Source: the human T2T-CHM13v2.0 reference genome, Homo sapiens. From it: DNA of 64,000 nt. Location: the NCBI RefSeq assembly GCF_009914755.1, contig NC_060946.1, one strand, 5' to 3'. The notes under the pieces are model-generated. The model saw only the letters and a list, made by a program, of their open reading frames with translations. It had not been told where the DNA came from and searched no databases. This document shows positions 29,150-44,397 of the stretch, piece by piece (position 1 is the stretch's first letter; every line of letters starts with the position of its first letter). A program made the translations under genes and the position numbers.

Positions 29150-30798
29150 TCAGCATCGTAATTTGTTGAGAAGGAGGCCGTGCTGTGCTGCCAGTTATTA
29201 ATTGGTTTAATCGGTTGATACACAGCCCTACTGGCCTAACCAGTAGCCCAGGGCCCTGGAGGATTTGCAGGTCGTGTCAGAATTTGATTGCAGTTCCTTC
29301 CACTTGGCATAAGGAGACACTATCAGCCTGATTGGGAGGGTGATGGTGGGATGGAACCTGCCGAGGTGGCGGCGCTGAGCTGACCACACCACCGGCCATA
29401 GAGTGGGAGCCTTTCCTGCCCGCTTAACTGCAGCTAATATCAAAAGCACTGGTATGGGCTGTCTATCTGTGCTGGAACCTGAGTTTATCTTTGTCTGCAA
29501 TTACGATTCTTCTGGGTTTATTTTGCCAGCTCATTATCCAGCCCCCTGGAATCAGGCCTCCCAAATTTAGCAGGTGCTGGGGAGGACCCTAGGGAGTGGT
29601 TTATGGGGGCTAGCTGGTGAAACTGCCCTTTCCTTTCTGTTCTATGAGTGTGATGGTGTTTGAGAAAATGTGGGGCTATGGTTCAGGCGCACTTCACATG
29701 TGCAAAGATGGAGAAAGCACTCACCTACACGTTTAGGCTCAGAATATTGATTGAAACATTTTGAATGATCAAAAATAAAATGTTATTTTTAAAGTTTCTC
29801 TCTGAGATTTTGCTTAAGTTTTGGTAGATATTCTTAAGTTTTAGTGACCTCAGTTTGGGAATTAAGTAAGCTAAACATTGTGTCCTTATTATTAGTTATA
29901 TAAAACTATGCTTTAGACTTTGTTAGAAACTTCTGCCCCACCTTGACTGACTCCTTTTCCATTTCTGGTTGTACAAAATGAATTCACACTTTAATGCTAT
30001 GGCCACCTTTAAATAAAGTACAGCGTGACTAAAAAAAAAAAAAAAAAAAAAAGAACCAGTACAAATGTTTGCTTTGGTGTAGAGCTGAAGACATAAATTG
30101 GTAACCAATGGAATTATCTGGCCTCAGACTTTATTTATTTTCATCATTTATTTCACTGATGTGCAAATTTATTCCGTACCAGCAAATGTCAATTTAATTA
30201 TATTCTACAGTACACAGTGAATCATGTATACTTAGTTAAGTTGTAAATACACTAAACCATATAAACTCACAACAGTATATCAGCTCATGATGGGTAAATG
30301 ACTTTTCCCTGAGAAAGAGTATCTGTTTAACCTGCATGATCTCACTCTTTAGTATTTGCTTCTTTAGTCTACGTTTGTTTCCTAGTTTTGAATATAATCA
30401 TGATATGGAGAGACAAGTGAAATCACCACAATTTTGTTTTCCAAAATGTGAGACTATGCAAATGCTGAAATGAGAATTAATACATCCAAAATATCGAACC
30501 ACAATTATGGCTTTGCTTTACTTTTTGCCCGTAAGAGACATGTGGCCTAAAATAGGTGGCAGGTATTCCTACCACAACCTTGCTTAGCATAGTGGTTGAC
30601 TAAATATAAATTTTAGAGATGAAGGTTGTTCTATACCCAGATTTCAATGTGATTGCTATGCCCACTTCACTTTCTCTAAAATACATATTTTTCTTACTTC
30701 TCACTTTCTTTTTCTTCTTGGTTGACATTTTTTGGCTCAGGGATTTTTTTTTTCCTTATGATCTCAATAAATTTTTCTCATATAAAAAGACATAATCG

Positions 30799-31334
<536 letters not shown>

Positions 31335-32433
31335 TCACACTGGGGCTGCTCCTTCCTGGGCAAGTTTCAGAAACTCACTGACAGTTAGAGCTAGCAGCTC
31401 CCGTAGAGATGAATGCCCATGTTTTCCCGAAGGGAGAACTGATGCTTAGAAAGGCTGAATGACTTGTCTAAGACTCTGGGACCAGAACAGGGATCTTATT
31501 CCAGTATTTCTTGCATGAAGCCATTCTACTTCCACGTTTCTAATTTATAACTTTTAAAAGGTCATTTTAAAAACGAAATAGCATGAACATCAAGTCTGGA
31601 GGCTAGTGGTGGGATTATTCACATTTATTTTTCCACTTGACATTTGAGGGCGATAGTGATGCTTAAGTAAAACCAAAATTATCCTGGGAGTATAGAAAAT
31701 AATATATCTGTTTACATTTTGGTGTGGGATGAGTAGAATCTTGTTTTCAAATTCCTTGCTTGAAAGGCTATTAAGAAGAATAAATCCTCACTTAACAGTT
31801 TTCTAAATCCTTGGTAGTGTCCTCTGTCCTTTGGTAACACATGAAAGTAGAGCACACTTTTCTACTTTTGTTCCTTCTGCACCCCTCATAAGGTGAAGCA
31901 TGCATAGAGCACTCCCAGGGTCAGTGTGAGCCCAGCAGCAGCTCAGGCTGCCGATGCTCCAGAGTCGGATTCCACCTTCCACTTAAATGGCAGCCACAGG
32001 TAGACGTGCCCATCACAACCAACTCTGTGCGTTCATAATTTCTGTTTATTCTACAGGTGGTTTCCACAAGAAAAATGGCACAATGTTTCTCAGAAGACAA
32101 TTACATAAGAATCAGCATACTTCAAATTCACAGCAAATAATCAGACAATTGATGAAAATACTTACCCAAACACTAATTGTAGACTGTGCCTTCTGAATAT
32201 GTTTGTCATAAACTTGGAGTAAGGAATCCTCACAGGCACTGGACAATTCAAAAAACGTAAAGTTGTTTGTTAGAATACTGGTGCTTTTGGATAGAAACCC
32301 TCATCCATATCCTGGTAAGGCTTGAAGTTGCACAGGAGTTTTCATTTGTCAAAACCCAGAAAACCATAAGCTTTAGATTTGTGAATTTTATATTGTATTA
32401 TATGTGACCTTTCTTTTTAAAAAATGAGCTGTA

Positions 32434-35400
32434 AGCAGTCTCCCAGACAGTAGCTCAGCCTCCAGAACTCTCTTTCTGCATAGTTGAAGACCCCTCTTCA
32501 CACAAGATGGTAGCAACAAATCATAGGTGCAATTGCACCAAATTCACAGAAGATCAATTGAAAATCCTCATCAATACCTTCACTCAAAAACCTTACCCAG
32601 GTTATGCTACCAAACAAAAACTTGCTTTAGCAATCAATGCAGAAGAGTCCAGAATCCAGATTTGGTTTCAGAATCAAAGAGCTAGGCATGGATTCCAGAA
32701 AACACCAGAACCTGACTTTAGATTTAAGCCACAGCCATGGACAAGATTAACCTGGTGTGGAGTTTCAAAATAGAGAAGCCAGATGGTGTTGTACCACCTA
32801 TAGCACCTTTCAATTACACACAGTCATCCATGCATTTATGAAAAACCCATACCCTGGGATTGATTCCAGAGAACAACTTGCTGAAGAAATTGGTGCTTCA
32901 GAGTCAAGAGTCCAAATTTGGTTCCAAAATCAAAGATCTAGATTTCATCTCCAGAGAAAAAGAGAACCTGTTATGTCCTTAGAATGAGAAGACCAGAGAA
33001 GACCAGGGGCAAGGTTTCTGAGGGACTTCAAGGTACAGAAGATACACAAAGTGGCACCAGCCTCACTAGCACTCTCATTTCTCAAGAGCCAGAACATGGT
33101 GAATACAGTCAAGTTCAGTGTATTTGATAATATCAATTTGGGCCCCAAATCTCTCTCACAGTCTTCCTGGGAGTCTATTCTTCTTCCAAAAGTGCAAGCT
33201 AAGCCTTCTGAAGATGGTAAAGAACTTGGCCGGGTGTGGTGGCTCATGCCTGTAATCCCAGCACTTTAGGAGGCTGAGGCTGGAAGATTGCTTGAGCCTA
33301 GGAGTTTGAAACCAGTCTGAGCAACATAGTAAGACCCTGTCTCTATTCTAAAAAACAAAATAAGTAAAAAGGACTGTAGGAGGCCAAGACAGGTACAGGA
33401 GGCACCACACTACCCTGTTGACACAGCCTGGATCCAGAGTTCAGCAGACCTTGAGACAATGAAAACAAACTTAGTAATAATCATTTTTCAATCATTGCAG
33501 TAATTATTGATTTGGACAAAAATCAATTGATGTCAAAACCTTAAAGTGACGTTTCTCTGCCTATGGAGTGGTCATTCTTTTATTCCTTTAGTTTCATAAT
33601 AAATTTTCTTTTACTTAAAAAAACTTATAGTTTGATGAAGAGTGAGATATATACCTCATCTCAAAGAATCTTCACACACACACTTATTAATTACAAAAGG
33701 AAAATCAGTAATTTTGCAGTGGAGACATATGGCCAACTCCACCTTACCCAAGTGGCTGAAAGTCACTGCACCAGTAATGGCACAAACCAATGTGAGATGA
33801 TTCCTGATATGATACACTAAAAAGGGCACTGTCTCTTCTGCATGTTGCAGACAAAAAGTGGGTAAGCTGACACTGAAACTAATAATTAGGCAATGTCAAG
33901 CAAATACAAATTCAGGTTGACAGTCTGCAAAGTAACATCCATGTACTCTTCAACAATGGATCGACCCTAGCTACTCAGGAGGCTGAGGTGGAATAATTGT
34001 TTGAGGCCAGGAGTTCCAGATCAGCCTGGGCAACATCATGCGACCCCATCTCTAAAAACATCTTTTTAAAAATGAGCCAGGTGTGGTAGCATGCACCCGT
34101 AGTCTCAGCTACTCAGGAGCCTGAGGCAGGAGGATGGTTTCAACATAGGAGATCGAGGCTGCTGTGAGCTATGATCGTGCTACTGAACTCCAGCCTGGGT
34201 GACACAGCAAGTTCCTGTTTCCAAACAACAACAAGAAAACAAAACAAAACAAAACAAAAAATAGATAGAATAGTGACAATAAAAATGGAGAAAAAGTAGG
34301 CTGACTCAGGAAATGCTTAGAAAGTACAGCCATACCTCAAAGATATTGTAGATTTGATTCGAGACCACCACAATAAAGCAGATATTGCTACAAAGTGAGT
34401 CACACAAATTGTTTTGTTTCCTTGTGAATATGAAGTTATATTGGCTGGGTGTGATGGCTCATGCCTATAATCCCAGTACTTTAGGAGACGGAGGCGGGAG
34501 GGTCACTTGAGCCCAGGAATTGTGAGATCAACCTGGGCATATAGGGAGATCCTGTCTCTATTTAAAAAAAGAAGCTATGTTTACACTACACTATAGTCTA
34601 TTTAAAGTGTGAAATGGCGTTATGTCCTTAATTTTAAAACTCTTGATGCTGGCTGGGTTCGGTGGCTCATACCTGTAATCCCATCACTTTGGGAGGCCAA
34701 GACAGGTTGATTACTTGAATTCAGGAGTTCAAGACCAGCCTGGACAACATGGCAAAACACGTCTTTAAAAAAAGAAAAGAAAAAAGAAAAACAGAAAGAA
34801 AAAGAAGAAAAACTACTTGCTGCCCTTACTTGAAGCTCAATTATTTAAAACAAAGAAAAAATATAAAAATCTTTTATTGCTGAAAATGCTAATGATCACC
34901 TGAGCCTTCAGGGAGTCTTAGTCTTTTTGCTGGTGAAGGGTCTTGCCTTGATGTTGTTGGCTGCTGCCTGATAAGGGCGATGGTTGCTGAATATTGAAGT
35001 GGTTGTAACAATTTCTTAAAAGAAAACAATGAAATTTGCCACATTAACTGACTCTTCCTTCCACGAAAGATTTCAGTGTACCATGCGATACTGTTTGATA
35101 AGCATTTTACCCATAGTAGAACTTCTTTCAAAATTGGAGTCAGTCCTCTCACACCCTGCCACTGTTTTACTATGTTTATCAATATTCTAAATCCTTTGTT
35201 GTAGGCTAAACAATATTCACAGCATTTTCACCAGGAGTAAATTTCATCTCACAAAACCACTTTCCAGGCTCTTTCTGGACTGTAGAGTTCTTTCCAGGCT
35301 ACCTTGTGGCAGTTTAAGAGTCTGGCATCATTTTCCGCTGGGACCTAAGGATCGAGGAGGTGCTTGTGACTAGACTGCCAATGGACCCATCACAAAGTTT

Positions 35401-35518
35401 AACCCAACCTTGATCCCCGAGTCTTCACAAATGCTCACTGAAGAAAATTCCTGGAACAATTCAGGGTCCTTTCATAACCTCTACTCTGAGGTGTTAATAA
35501 AAAACCTTAGTAACTTAA
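32434..35518 (+). pseudogene. DUXAP8/DUXAP9/DUXAP10: DUXA retrocopy (CDS remnant 32480-33102, two PRD-class homeoboxes)
   Basis: Intronless HD1 (KPYPGYATKQKLA..IQIWFQN) and HD2 (NPYPGIDSREQLAEEIG..VQIWFQN), ending ARTW*. Start ATG is now ATA (32480), with a linker frameshift and stops. TSD AAAAAATGAGCTGTA at 32419-32433 and 35519-35533; AATAAA at 35496. Confidence 0.95.
34328..35263 (-). mobile_element. Tigger1 fragment interrupted by Alu pieces
   Basis: TIR-like cagccatacctc after TA; ORF 34889..35182 ([25 protein letters not shown]) resembles the Tigger1 transposase C-terminus. Confidence 0.85.
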
Positions 35519-36127
35519 AAAAAATGAGCTGTACACAAATACTGAACAATAATGCTACATATGTTAAGTATGTAAGAAAAATATATACTTTGACATAAAT
35601 AAGAAACGGTGAGTTGATAATTGGATAGAATGGTGGATAGAGTGATAGATATGTAGTAAAGCAAATATAACAAAATGATAATTGTACAATCTAAGTGGTT
35701 GGACTATAAATATGCACTTCCCACAACATTTTTATATGTTTAAACAGTTTTATAATACCATATTAGGGAAACTGTTTGTCTCAAGGAAATAGAGATTGTG
35801 ATATGTTCTAGTACAATGAAGTGTAATCATGTAAAATAAAAGCTTTTACTTCTGGCAATTAAAGTTAATCATGTTAGAACACTGTCTAGGAATGGTTGGA
35901 AAATCATATTTTATTTTCTAATCAATATATTTATGTCATCTGTCAATCAGAATTACACTGACTTTAAAAAGCAATAATATGACTTATATTCATGATGAAA
36001 TATAGCCTAAGAACAAAATAATGCACAAAAATAATCTCAGATTGCTTATTATTTTTCAGAAGGCTGTATTTTTAGTCTTAGGCTATTGGTTTGTCTTATA
36101 TTGCAGGATTTTAAAAAAATGATTAGT

Positions 36128-37105
36128 TCCCAGCACTTTGGGAGGCTGAGATGGGCAGATCACAAGGTGAAGAGATTGAGACCATCCTGGCCAACATGGT
36201 GAAACCCCCTCTCTACTAAAAATACAAACATTAGCTGGGCGTGGTGGCATGTGCCTGTAGTCCCAGCTACTCAGGGGGCTGAGGCAGGAGAATTGCTTAA
36301 ACTCCAGAGGTGGAGGTTGCAGTGAGCCGAGGTGGTGCCATTGCACTCCAGCCTGCTGACAGAGTGAGACTCCGTCTCAAAAAAAAAAAAAAAAAAGAAA
36401 AAGAAAAAAAAAAGAGAGTAGTTATGGGGCTGGGCACGGTGGCTCATGCTTGTAATCCCAGCACTTTGGGAGGCTGAGGTGGGTGGATCACGAGATCAGG
36501 AGTTCAAGACCAGCCTAGCCAAGATGATGAAACCCCCATCTTTACTAAAAATACAAAAAAATCGGTTGGGCACAGTGGCTCACGCTTATAATCCCAGCAC
36601 TTTGGGAGGCTGAGGCGGGTGGATCACGAAGTCAGGAGATCAAGACCTACCTGGCTAACACGGTGAAACCCTGTCTCCACTAAAAATACAAAAAATTAGC
36701 CAGGCATGGTGGCACGTGCCTATAGTCCCAGCTGCTCGGTAGGCTGAGGCAGGAGAATGATTGCACCACTGCACTCCAGCCTGGGCAACAGAGCGAGACT
36801 CCGTCTCAAAAGAAAAAAAAAAAAAAAGCGCCGGGCGCGGTGGCTTATGCCTGTAATCCCAGAACTTTGGGGGACCGAGGTGGGTGGATCACGAGGTCAG
36901 TGGTTCAAGACCAGCCTGGCCAACATGGTGAAACCACGTCTCTACTAAAAATACAAAAATTAGCCAGGTGTGGTGGAGTTTGCCTGTAATCCCAGCTACT
37001 CTGGAGGCTGAGGTAGGGAACTGCTTGAACTCCGGAAGTGGAGGTTGCAGTGAGCCTAGATCACACCACTGCGCTCCAGCCAGGGTGACAGAGCTAGACT
37101 CCATC
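36128..37105 (+). mobile_element. Cluster of tandem/nested Alus
   Basis: About four consecutive Alu bodies or arms. Confidence 0.9.
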
Positions 37106-37576
37106 TCATTATGGGTGTGACATTGAAAACTGGTACTTTTCTAATGAAATAGAAGAAGATACAGATGTAATATCTCTGAGCATAATTAAAATCCTCTAAT
37201 CAAGACTGTTAACCTAAAGGTTTGTTTAAAAGTTATAAATTTTTATTAAAAAATACACTTATCTTTTAGACTTATCCACTGAAAAGTCCTGGAAGCATTA
37301 AATAAAACAGAAGCAGAAAGCACCTTGGTGCCATAACTTTGGATTCTCCATGTCATCATTCACTAAAAGGAACCAAAGCTTCTTGGAGAAATGGCTGCTT
37401 TCTGGCTGCAGGCAGGCAATGTGCAAAATCAATCTAGAGCATCTCGTCATACTGGAATGCAAGGACACTTTTATACCCCCTAGGATCGTGTCCATAGGAT
37501 CCAAGAGGCAACTTGAAGGAAGTCCCACTCTCCAAACATGAACTAATATAAGCATCAATAATATTGATGACCACAA

Positions 37577-37908
37577 GCCAGGCACGGTGGTTCACACCTG
37601 TAAGCCCAACACTTTGGGAAGCCAAGGCAGGTGGATTGCTTTAGCCCAGGTGTTCAAGACAAGCCTGGGCAACATAGTAAAACCTTCTGTCTACCAAAAA
37701 TAGAAAACAAAAAATTAGCCAGGCATGGTAGCTTGTGTCTGTAGTCCCAGCTACTTGAGAGGCTGAGGTGGCAGGGTCACCTAAGCCCAGGAGTCTGAGG
37801 ATGCGGTGAGCTGTGATTATGCCACTGCACTCCAGCATGGGCCATAAAGCAAGATCTGTCTCAAAAACAAACAAACCAAAATAATGATGATGATGATGAT
37901 GATGATGA
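37577..37908 (+). mobile_element. AluJ-like element followed by (GAT)n microsatellite
   Basis: Alu consensus, then a gatgatgat tract. Confidence 0.85.
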
Positions 37909-38027
37909 CTGCAATGAGCAGGTGCACACCTTATATGTTTAAATCATTGAGCTTATAATGATGTTAAAGCATGCAGTCAATAGAATAAATACATTATGCA
38001 GGTATTGGAATTAGCATAAAAAGACTA

Positions 38028-38670
38028 CAGTATTCCCTCTTTATCTGTGGGGCATACTTTGGAAGGCCTCCAGTGGATGTCTTAAACCATGGATAATACC
38101 GAACCCTACATTAGCACTTACTACACACTGTGTCTGTGACTTTTGAAGTTTGAGGTACAAAAGCGAAACTAGCAAGAATTTATTTTTCCTTTTCCACAAT
38201 TGTACCAATAAAGGAATAGTTCTTACCCTAGATGTTAGCAATCTCAGCATATCTTTTTCCTCATTAAGTGCAAAACTTTCTGCTTTTCAGTTACTGAAAG
38301 CACTTTCAGGTTTCTCTTTTGCATATCTGAATTGCCAGCATCAACACTATTGCATATTGAGACCATTATTAAGTAAAATAAGGGTTACTTGAACACAAAC
38401 ACTGCGATACTGAGATAGGTCCATCTGATAACTTAGACAGCTGCAAATGTCTAATGAGCAGGAAGCAGGAATTGTGTATCTGCTGAGCAAAGGGGTATGT
38501 CACATCCTGAACTGGATACAGCAGAATGGCGGGAGGTTGCATCACATTCCTCAGAACAAGGTGTGACTTAAAATTTATAAACTGTTTACTTCTGGAGTTT
38601 TATATTTAATATTTTTTGACTGTGGGTGACTGAAAGTGAGGAAAGTAAAGCCACAATAAGGGGATACTAC
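38028..38670. mobile_element. MER44/Tigger7-type non-autonomous DNA transposon
   Basis: Terminal cagtattccctctttatc...ataagggatactact and internal gaattgccagcatc...aagtaaaataagggttacttgaacac. Confidence 0.7.
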
Positions 38671-39474
38671 TATATTATAAACATGCTCAAGGATTGAAAT
38701 AAAAATAAAATTGAGAAAACAGATGTGAAGCCTCAGCAGAGATAAAAACTTTAAAAAAAATTCTAGTACTTAAAAATACAACATCTTACAGAAAAATTTC
38801 ATCAGACTGAGAAGAGTCAGGAGAATAATTCCCAAAATTAATTTTTAAAAAGTCAATCCATTTTTAATTTCTTCAAGTACTTTCTAGGATTTTAGGAAAC
38901 CATATTGCTACTTAGAAAACTGGCAAATAAAAGAGTAACTGATAAATAGAAAATGGTAAATAAAGGGAAAGGATCACGTATTTATTCTACCTTTTCACTA
39001 CAAGCAGTACCTCATGGTAACCAAAGAGACAGCGAAGAAAAACTATCTACAAAAATTTTCTATTTCATCTATGAAAGAAGAATAATAGAATTAAAACAGC
39101 TCCATTTATTGATCTCTAATTTAATCAGTTTTGAAGGTTATCATCCCTTATGCTCTTGGTTTGGTTCAGCCAGGAAAACAGCCAATTAAGTATTATAGAA
39201 ATAAACAGTTTAATATAAGAATTAGCGCTTACATTTATGTGCATGTAAGCAAAAAAAATGAAAGTTTTTTTCTGCCTACAGAAAGTCAGAAACACAATCA
39301 CAAATGACATCAGCTGAAAACACTGATATAGGAGCGAAAGCAGTAGCTCATCAAGGAGTCCAGGAAACTTCTGTATTCACCAGGATTATGAAGTACACGC
39401 TTGTGTGATGTCTATGATGGGCCTATATCTGGATACTAGAATTGCTGAGAAGAACCTTGTTAAAAAAAACTCTG

Positions 39475-39845
<371 letters not shown>

Positions 39846-41881
39846 TTAGAACATTTATAAGCTTAAATTTGAAATTTTGAAAATATTTTCTTTTAACCTG
39901 TATGAGTCTAAATATTTGCCTTTCCTTAATAATTTTGAAATTAGTACTCATCAAAGGGGTTGGCAATCATGGCGAGTGGCTATTAATGACTGATTTAAAA
40001 AATAATACTAATTGCATTCATTAATTCCTTTATACATTTTTAAAAGTCCTCCAACATTTTTTCTTACTCTCGCTTGCTCATATTCTTCAATATCCATATT
40101 CTGTGATCTGTATTTTGATCTTTTAAAATACCTGTTGAGTATCCCTTGTCCAAAATGCAGGGAACCAGAAGTATTTTGGATTTGGGATTTTTTTCAGATA
40201 TTGGAATATTTGCATTATACTTACCAGTAGAGCATACCTATTCTCCTTTGCAACAGAGTGCTAATATTCTCTTCTGTCTTTTTGTTTTGCATGGTAGTCT
40301 ATTTCCATCTTCTTCTGGAAGTTAACATCTATGCCAGCAACATTTCTCTAAATTTGTCCTCATTTTTCATGTTTCTTTCTTCAAAGATCTCTTGAGATTT
40401 TTGGTTTCTATGCCCCACTTAATTTTTCTTTAGAATCTTTAACTAGTTATCCAGTCCCAAGAAACCCATCAAACTTCAGATGTCTTTACTGACAAATGGA
40501 CATTGCATTTCTCATTGATTTTACTGATCTCTGCGGAGGCGTGCTCCCTGAAGGCAGCACTTTTTTTTCCAGTGAAAAAGGCACAGTTAGGCAATATGGG
40601 AAAGGCATTTCTGAATTTCAGGACCAGTCCTAAAATTGAGTTTGGGTCAGTTCTCTCTAGAAAATATTCTATTTTATTTACAAAGCAAAATTATTTTATT
40701 CCTTACAATAATATCAGAGACAGTTTCGCTACTATTTACATTCAGTCTTTTGCCCTAAGTCAAATAATCAACTCTGGGAGGAGGAGATCTTTGAAATAAA
40801 TTTATTCTGTACCTTGTGGACAGACACAAATTCTTTGGAGGCCTTCAGTTATATCTCCCTAAGAACTGTGAGGGAAGCTAATAGGCAACTGACTTCAAAA
40901 AATTTTGTTCTATTTTTTTGAAAACTCGACTCATTTATGCTCTCCAGTGTCATATCTCCATACTGCTCTGTGTTTTACTTCTGAATCAATCTTCCCTCCC
41001 TCCCAAATATTTTCAATGTGACTTCTGGAAACCTCATTGGAGGACATTGACTCCATTTCTTTGCTTTAATTAAAATTCAGCTATCTATATGGGGACAATG
41101 CTTCCCTTGACATGTGCTCCACTGAAGGCTAGTCATTTTCCCAAAGGCTAAGGTGTCATAGAATTTATTTAATAGAAGTGGGTTGGCATAATTTTAGCTC
41201 CATATTTCCTATTCCCAACCACTATTCCTCTATTTTAATACAAAAGCCCCTTCTTTACTGTCTATCCATCTAACTATAATGTCTTCTAACTATAATGTCT
41301 TCTAACAACTGCCACATTTATTCCAGAACTTCCTCTACACCCAAGCAACATCATTTTCTCATTTGGCCTCCCTTTCACACTCATGTGGTTGGCTCATTTA
41401 ACACCTTAACCTCATAGGTTCTTTGTTTCCTCAGCTCTGAGACTTTTTCTTGAATTCAGCCTTCCACTGCCTATGTCTTAGACATTTTTTAATGGCCTCA
41501 ACTGTTCCATGTAAGTAACCATAAGCCTAAATATCCATATTCTCTTACCCTTATTTTGATCTTTTAAAATACTTGTTGAGTATCCCTTATCGAAAATGCG
41601 TGGGACCAGAAGTATTTTGGATTTTGGATATTTTTCAGATTTTGGAATATTTGCATTATACTTACCAGTTGAGTATCCTTAATTTGAAAATCTAAAATCT
41701 GAAATGCTCCAATGAACATTTCCTTTGAGCATCATGTAAGTGCTCAAAACTTTCAGATTTTGAAGCATTTCAGATTCAGTAACAGTGTGCAGTTGTGATA
41801 AACAAATTATATATGGAACTGACGTGATCCTACAACATAAACTCTTTGAGAACTGAGGCTGTGCATTTTTTAGATTAGTAG

Positions 41882-42177
<296 letters not shown>

Positions 42178-43176
42178 CAATCTTCTTTCAACTTAATCAG
42201 CCCTTATACACTCAAAGAGTTACTTGGATGCATGCTTTCTCATTATCTATTTTCATCACTGCATATATCTGAGGAAGGATAATGAGACTCTACTATCAGT
42301 AGAAGGATGCTTGGATTATCACGTGCAACACTTTATAGCCTATCTTGACTTTTCTCCCAAACTTCATAGAAGAAAAGATGGGATTTTCTGACTCTTTTTA
42401 ACTTCCTAGGACTAGAGAGCCAGGAAGACAGAAAAAAGGGGCAAAAGGGGCCTTACTTTTAACTTGGTACAAAGTTTATAATGGGAACATAATAGTTCCA
42501 GAAAGCGGAATAGAAAATCTTATTAAAGAAACCAAGGCAGGGAGCTTCATTAACATTCTGCTCTTGAACTCATGCTTTTATTAGATACTTATGTGTAGGG
42601 CTATTCTGAGGACCTGCTATTCATTTTTTTAAATAATTCATATTTTAATGTATTTAGATAAGTAATTTACATGACATTATTTTTAGAAATCATGACCTAT
42701 TTCAACCTGTCATTGTTATCTATGGCTTAATTTCTGTGAAAAGCAATGAAGTCTGTCTGCAATATAGCTATGATGATCTCTAATTTTGTAGTTCTCTAAT
42801 TTGTTCACACATTTAGAATGACCTTTTATGCCTTTCCAACTATGGCATCTTCTATTGTTATATGATTCGGGTTCAAATGTTCACCAATATATAGTGCTTG
42901 AAATGCGTATTAAAAAAGTATGAACAAGGGAGAATAGAAGTTGATACAGAAGCAGTAATACACAGTGTTCTCAAACAATCCACCTAAGTTGCCATTTCTA
43001 GTTTCATATCTCATAATTCAAAATCCTGGGGAGCTGCCACTGAATCATTTCTTCTCCTAATCATAAATACCTAGACCCAATACACCAGGGAATACGAGGA
43101 TCTTGAAAAAGATGAAAGAATGGAATAAAAAATTAGCCTCAGGAAAGCAGCCTAAATATATTTGAAGATGACAGAT

Positions 43177-43219
43177 TGGTAGGTAAGTAGGTAGGTAGGT
43201 AGATAGATAGATAGATACC

Positions 43220-43271
<52 letters not shown>

Positions 43272-43280
43272 TAGATAGAT
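43177..43280. repeat. Compound tetranucleotide microsatellite (TAGG)n(TAGA)n(CAGA)n(TAGA)n
   Basis: Directly visible. Confidence 0.95.
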
Positions 43281-43989
43281 ATTCCAAGACTATAAAACTA
43301 TGAACCAATTTTTAAAATCATATAATCTTCTAATATTATGCTGAGCTGTGATCATCTGCTTATATAAAATTCAAGACACATTCAAAGAGATCCTTCAGTG
43401 ATAATTTTTTAATCAGAGGGAAAAAGTTTTAGATGCTACTTGAGAAAAGGACAAAGTATAGGTTGAGTTTCTCTTTTTTGCCAGTTGTTATTACTTAATT
43501 ACACTATCTTTCTGGCCATAAAATGAACAAAAGGATTCATTCACTTGTCTCATTAGGTATTAAGCATCAGTTGTCGATTCATTCATTTCACACATTTCAC
43601 TAGTGACACTGAATACTGCAGAGCCAAAGATGAAAGGGGAAGCAATTCCAGGCCGATGAGAAGATGCACGATTGCCATTCAGGTACTGAGGGCTGCAATG
43701 GGGGAAGGGTGGTGAGAGCACTAATGAATTCTTGCTATGTTCTGGTCGTTGTCTCATCCTAATAACAGCTCCCTGGAAAAGGTACTATTAATCCCTAAAG
43801 AAACTAAAATTCGGAGAGATTAAATGACTTTCCCAAAATCACAAAACAAATATGCAATAGAGCCATAAATCCAATTCAGGCCTGTCTCATATCACAATTA
43901 TTTTCTATCTGCTATGCCAAGTGGCATCCTTGAGTTTTGCAAGATGCCCTCAGTGCCAAGGCATGAGCCCTTACCAGGGAAACTTACTT

Positions 43990-44397
<408 letters not shown>

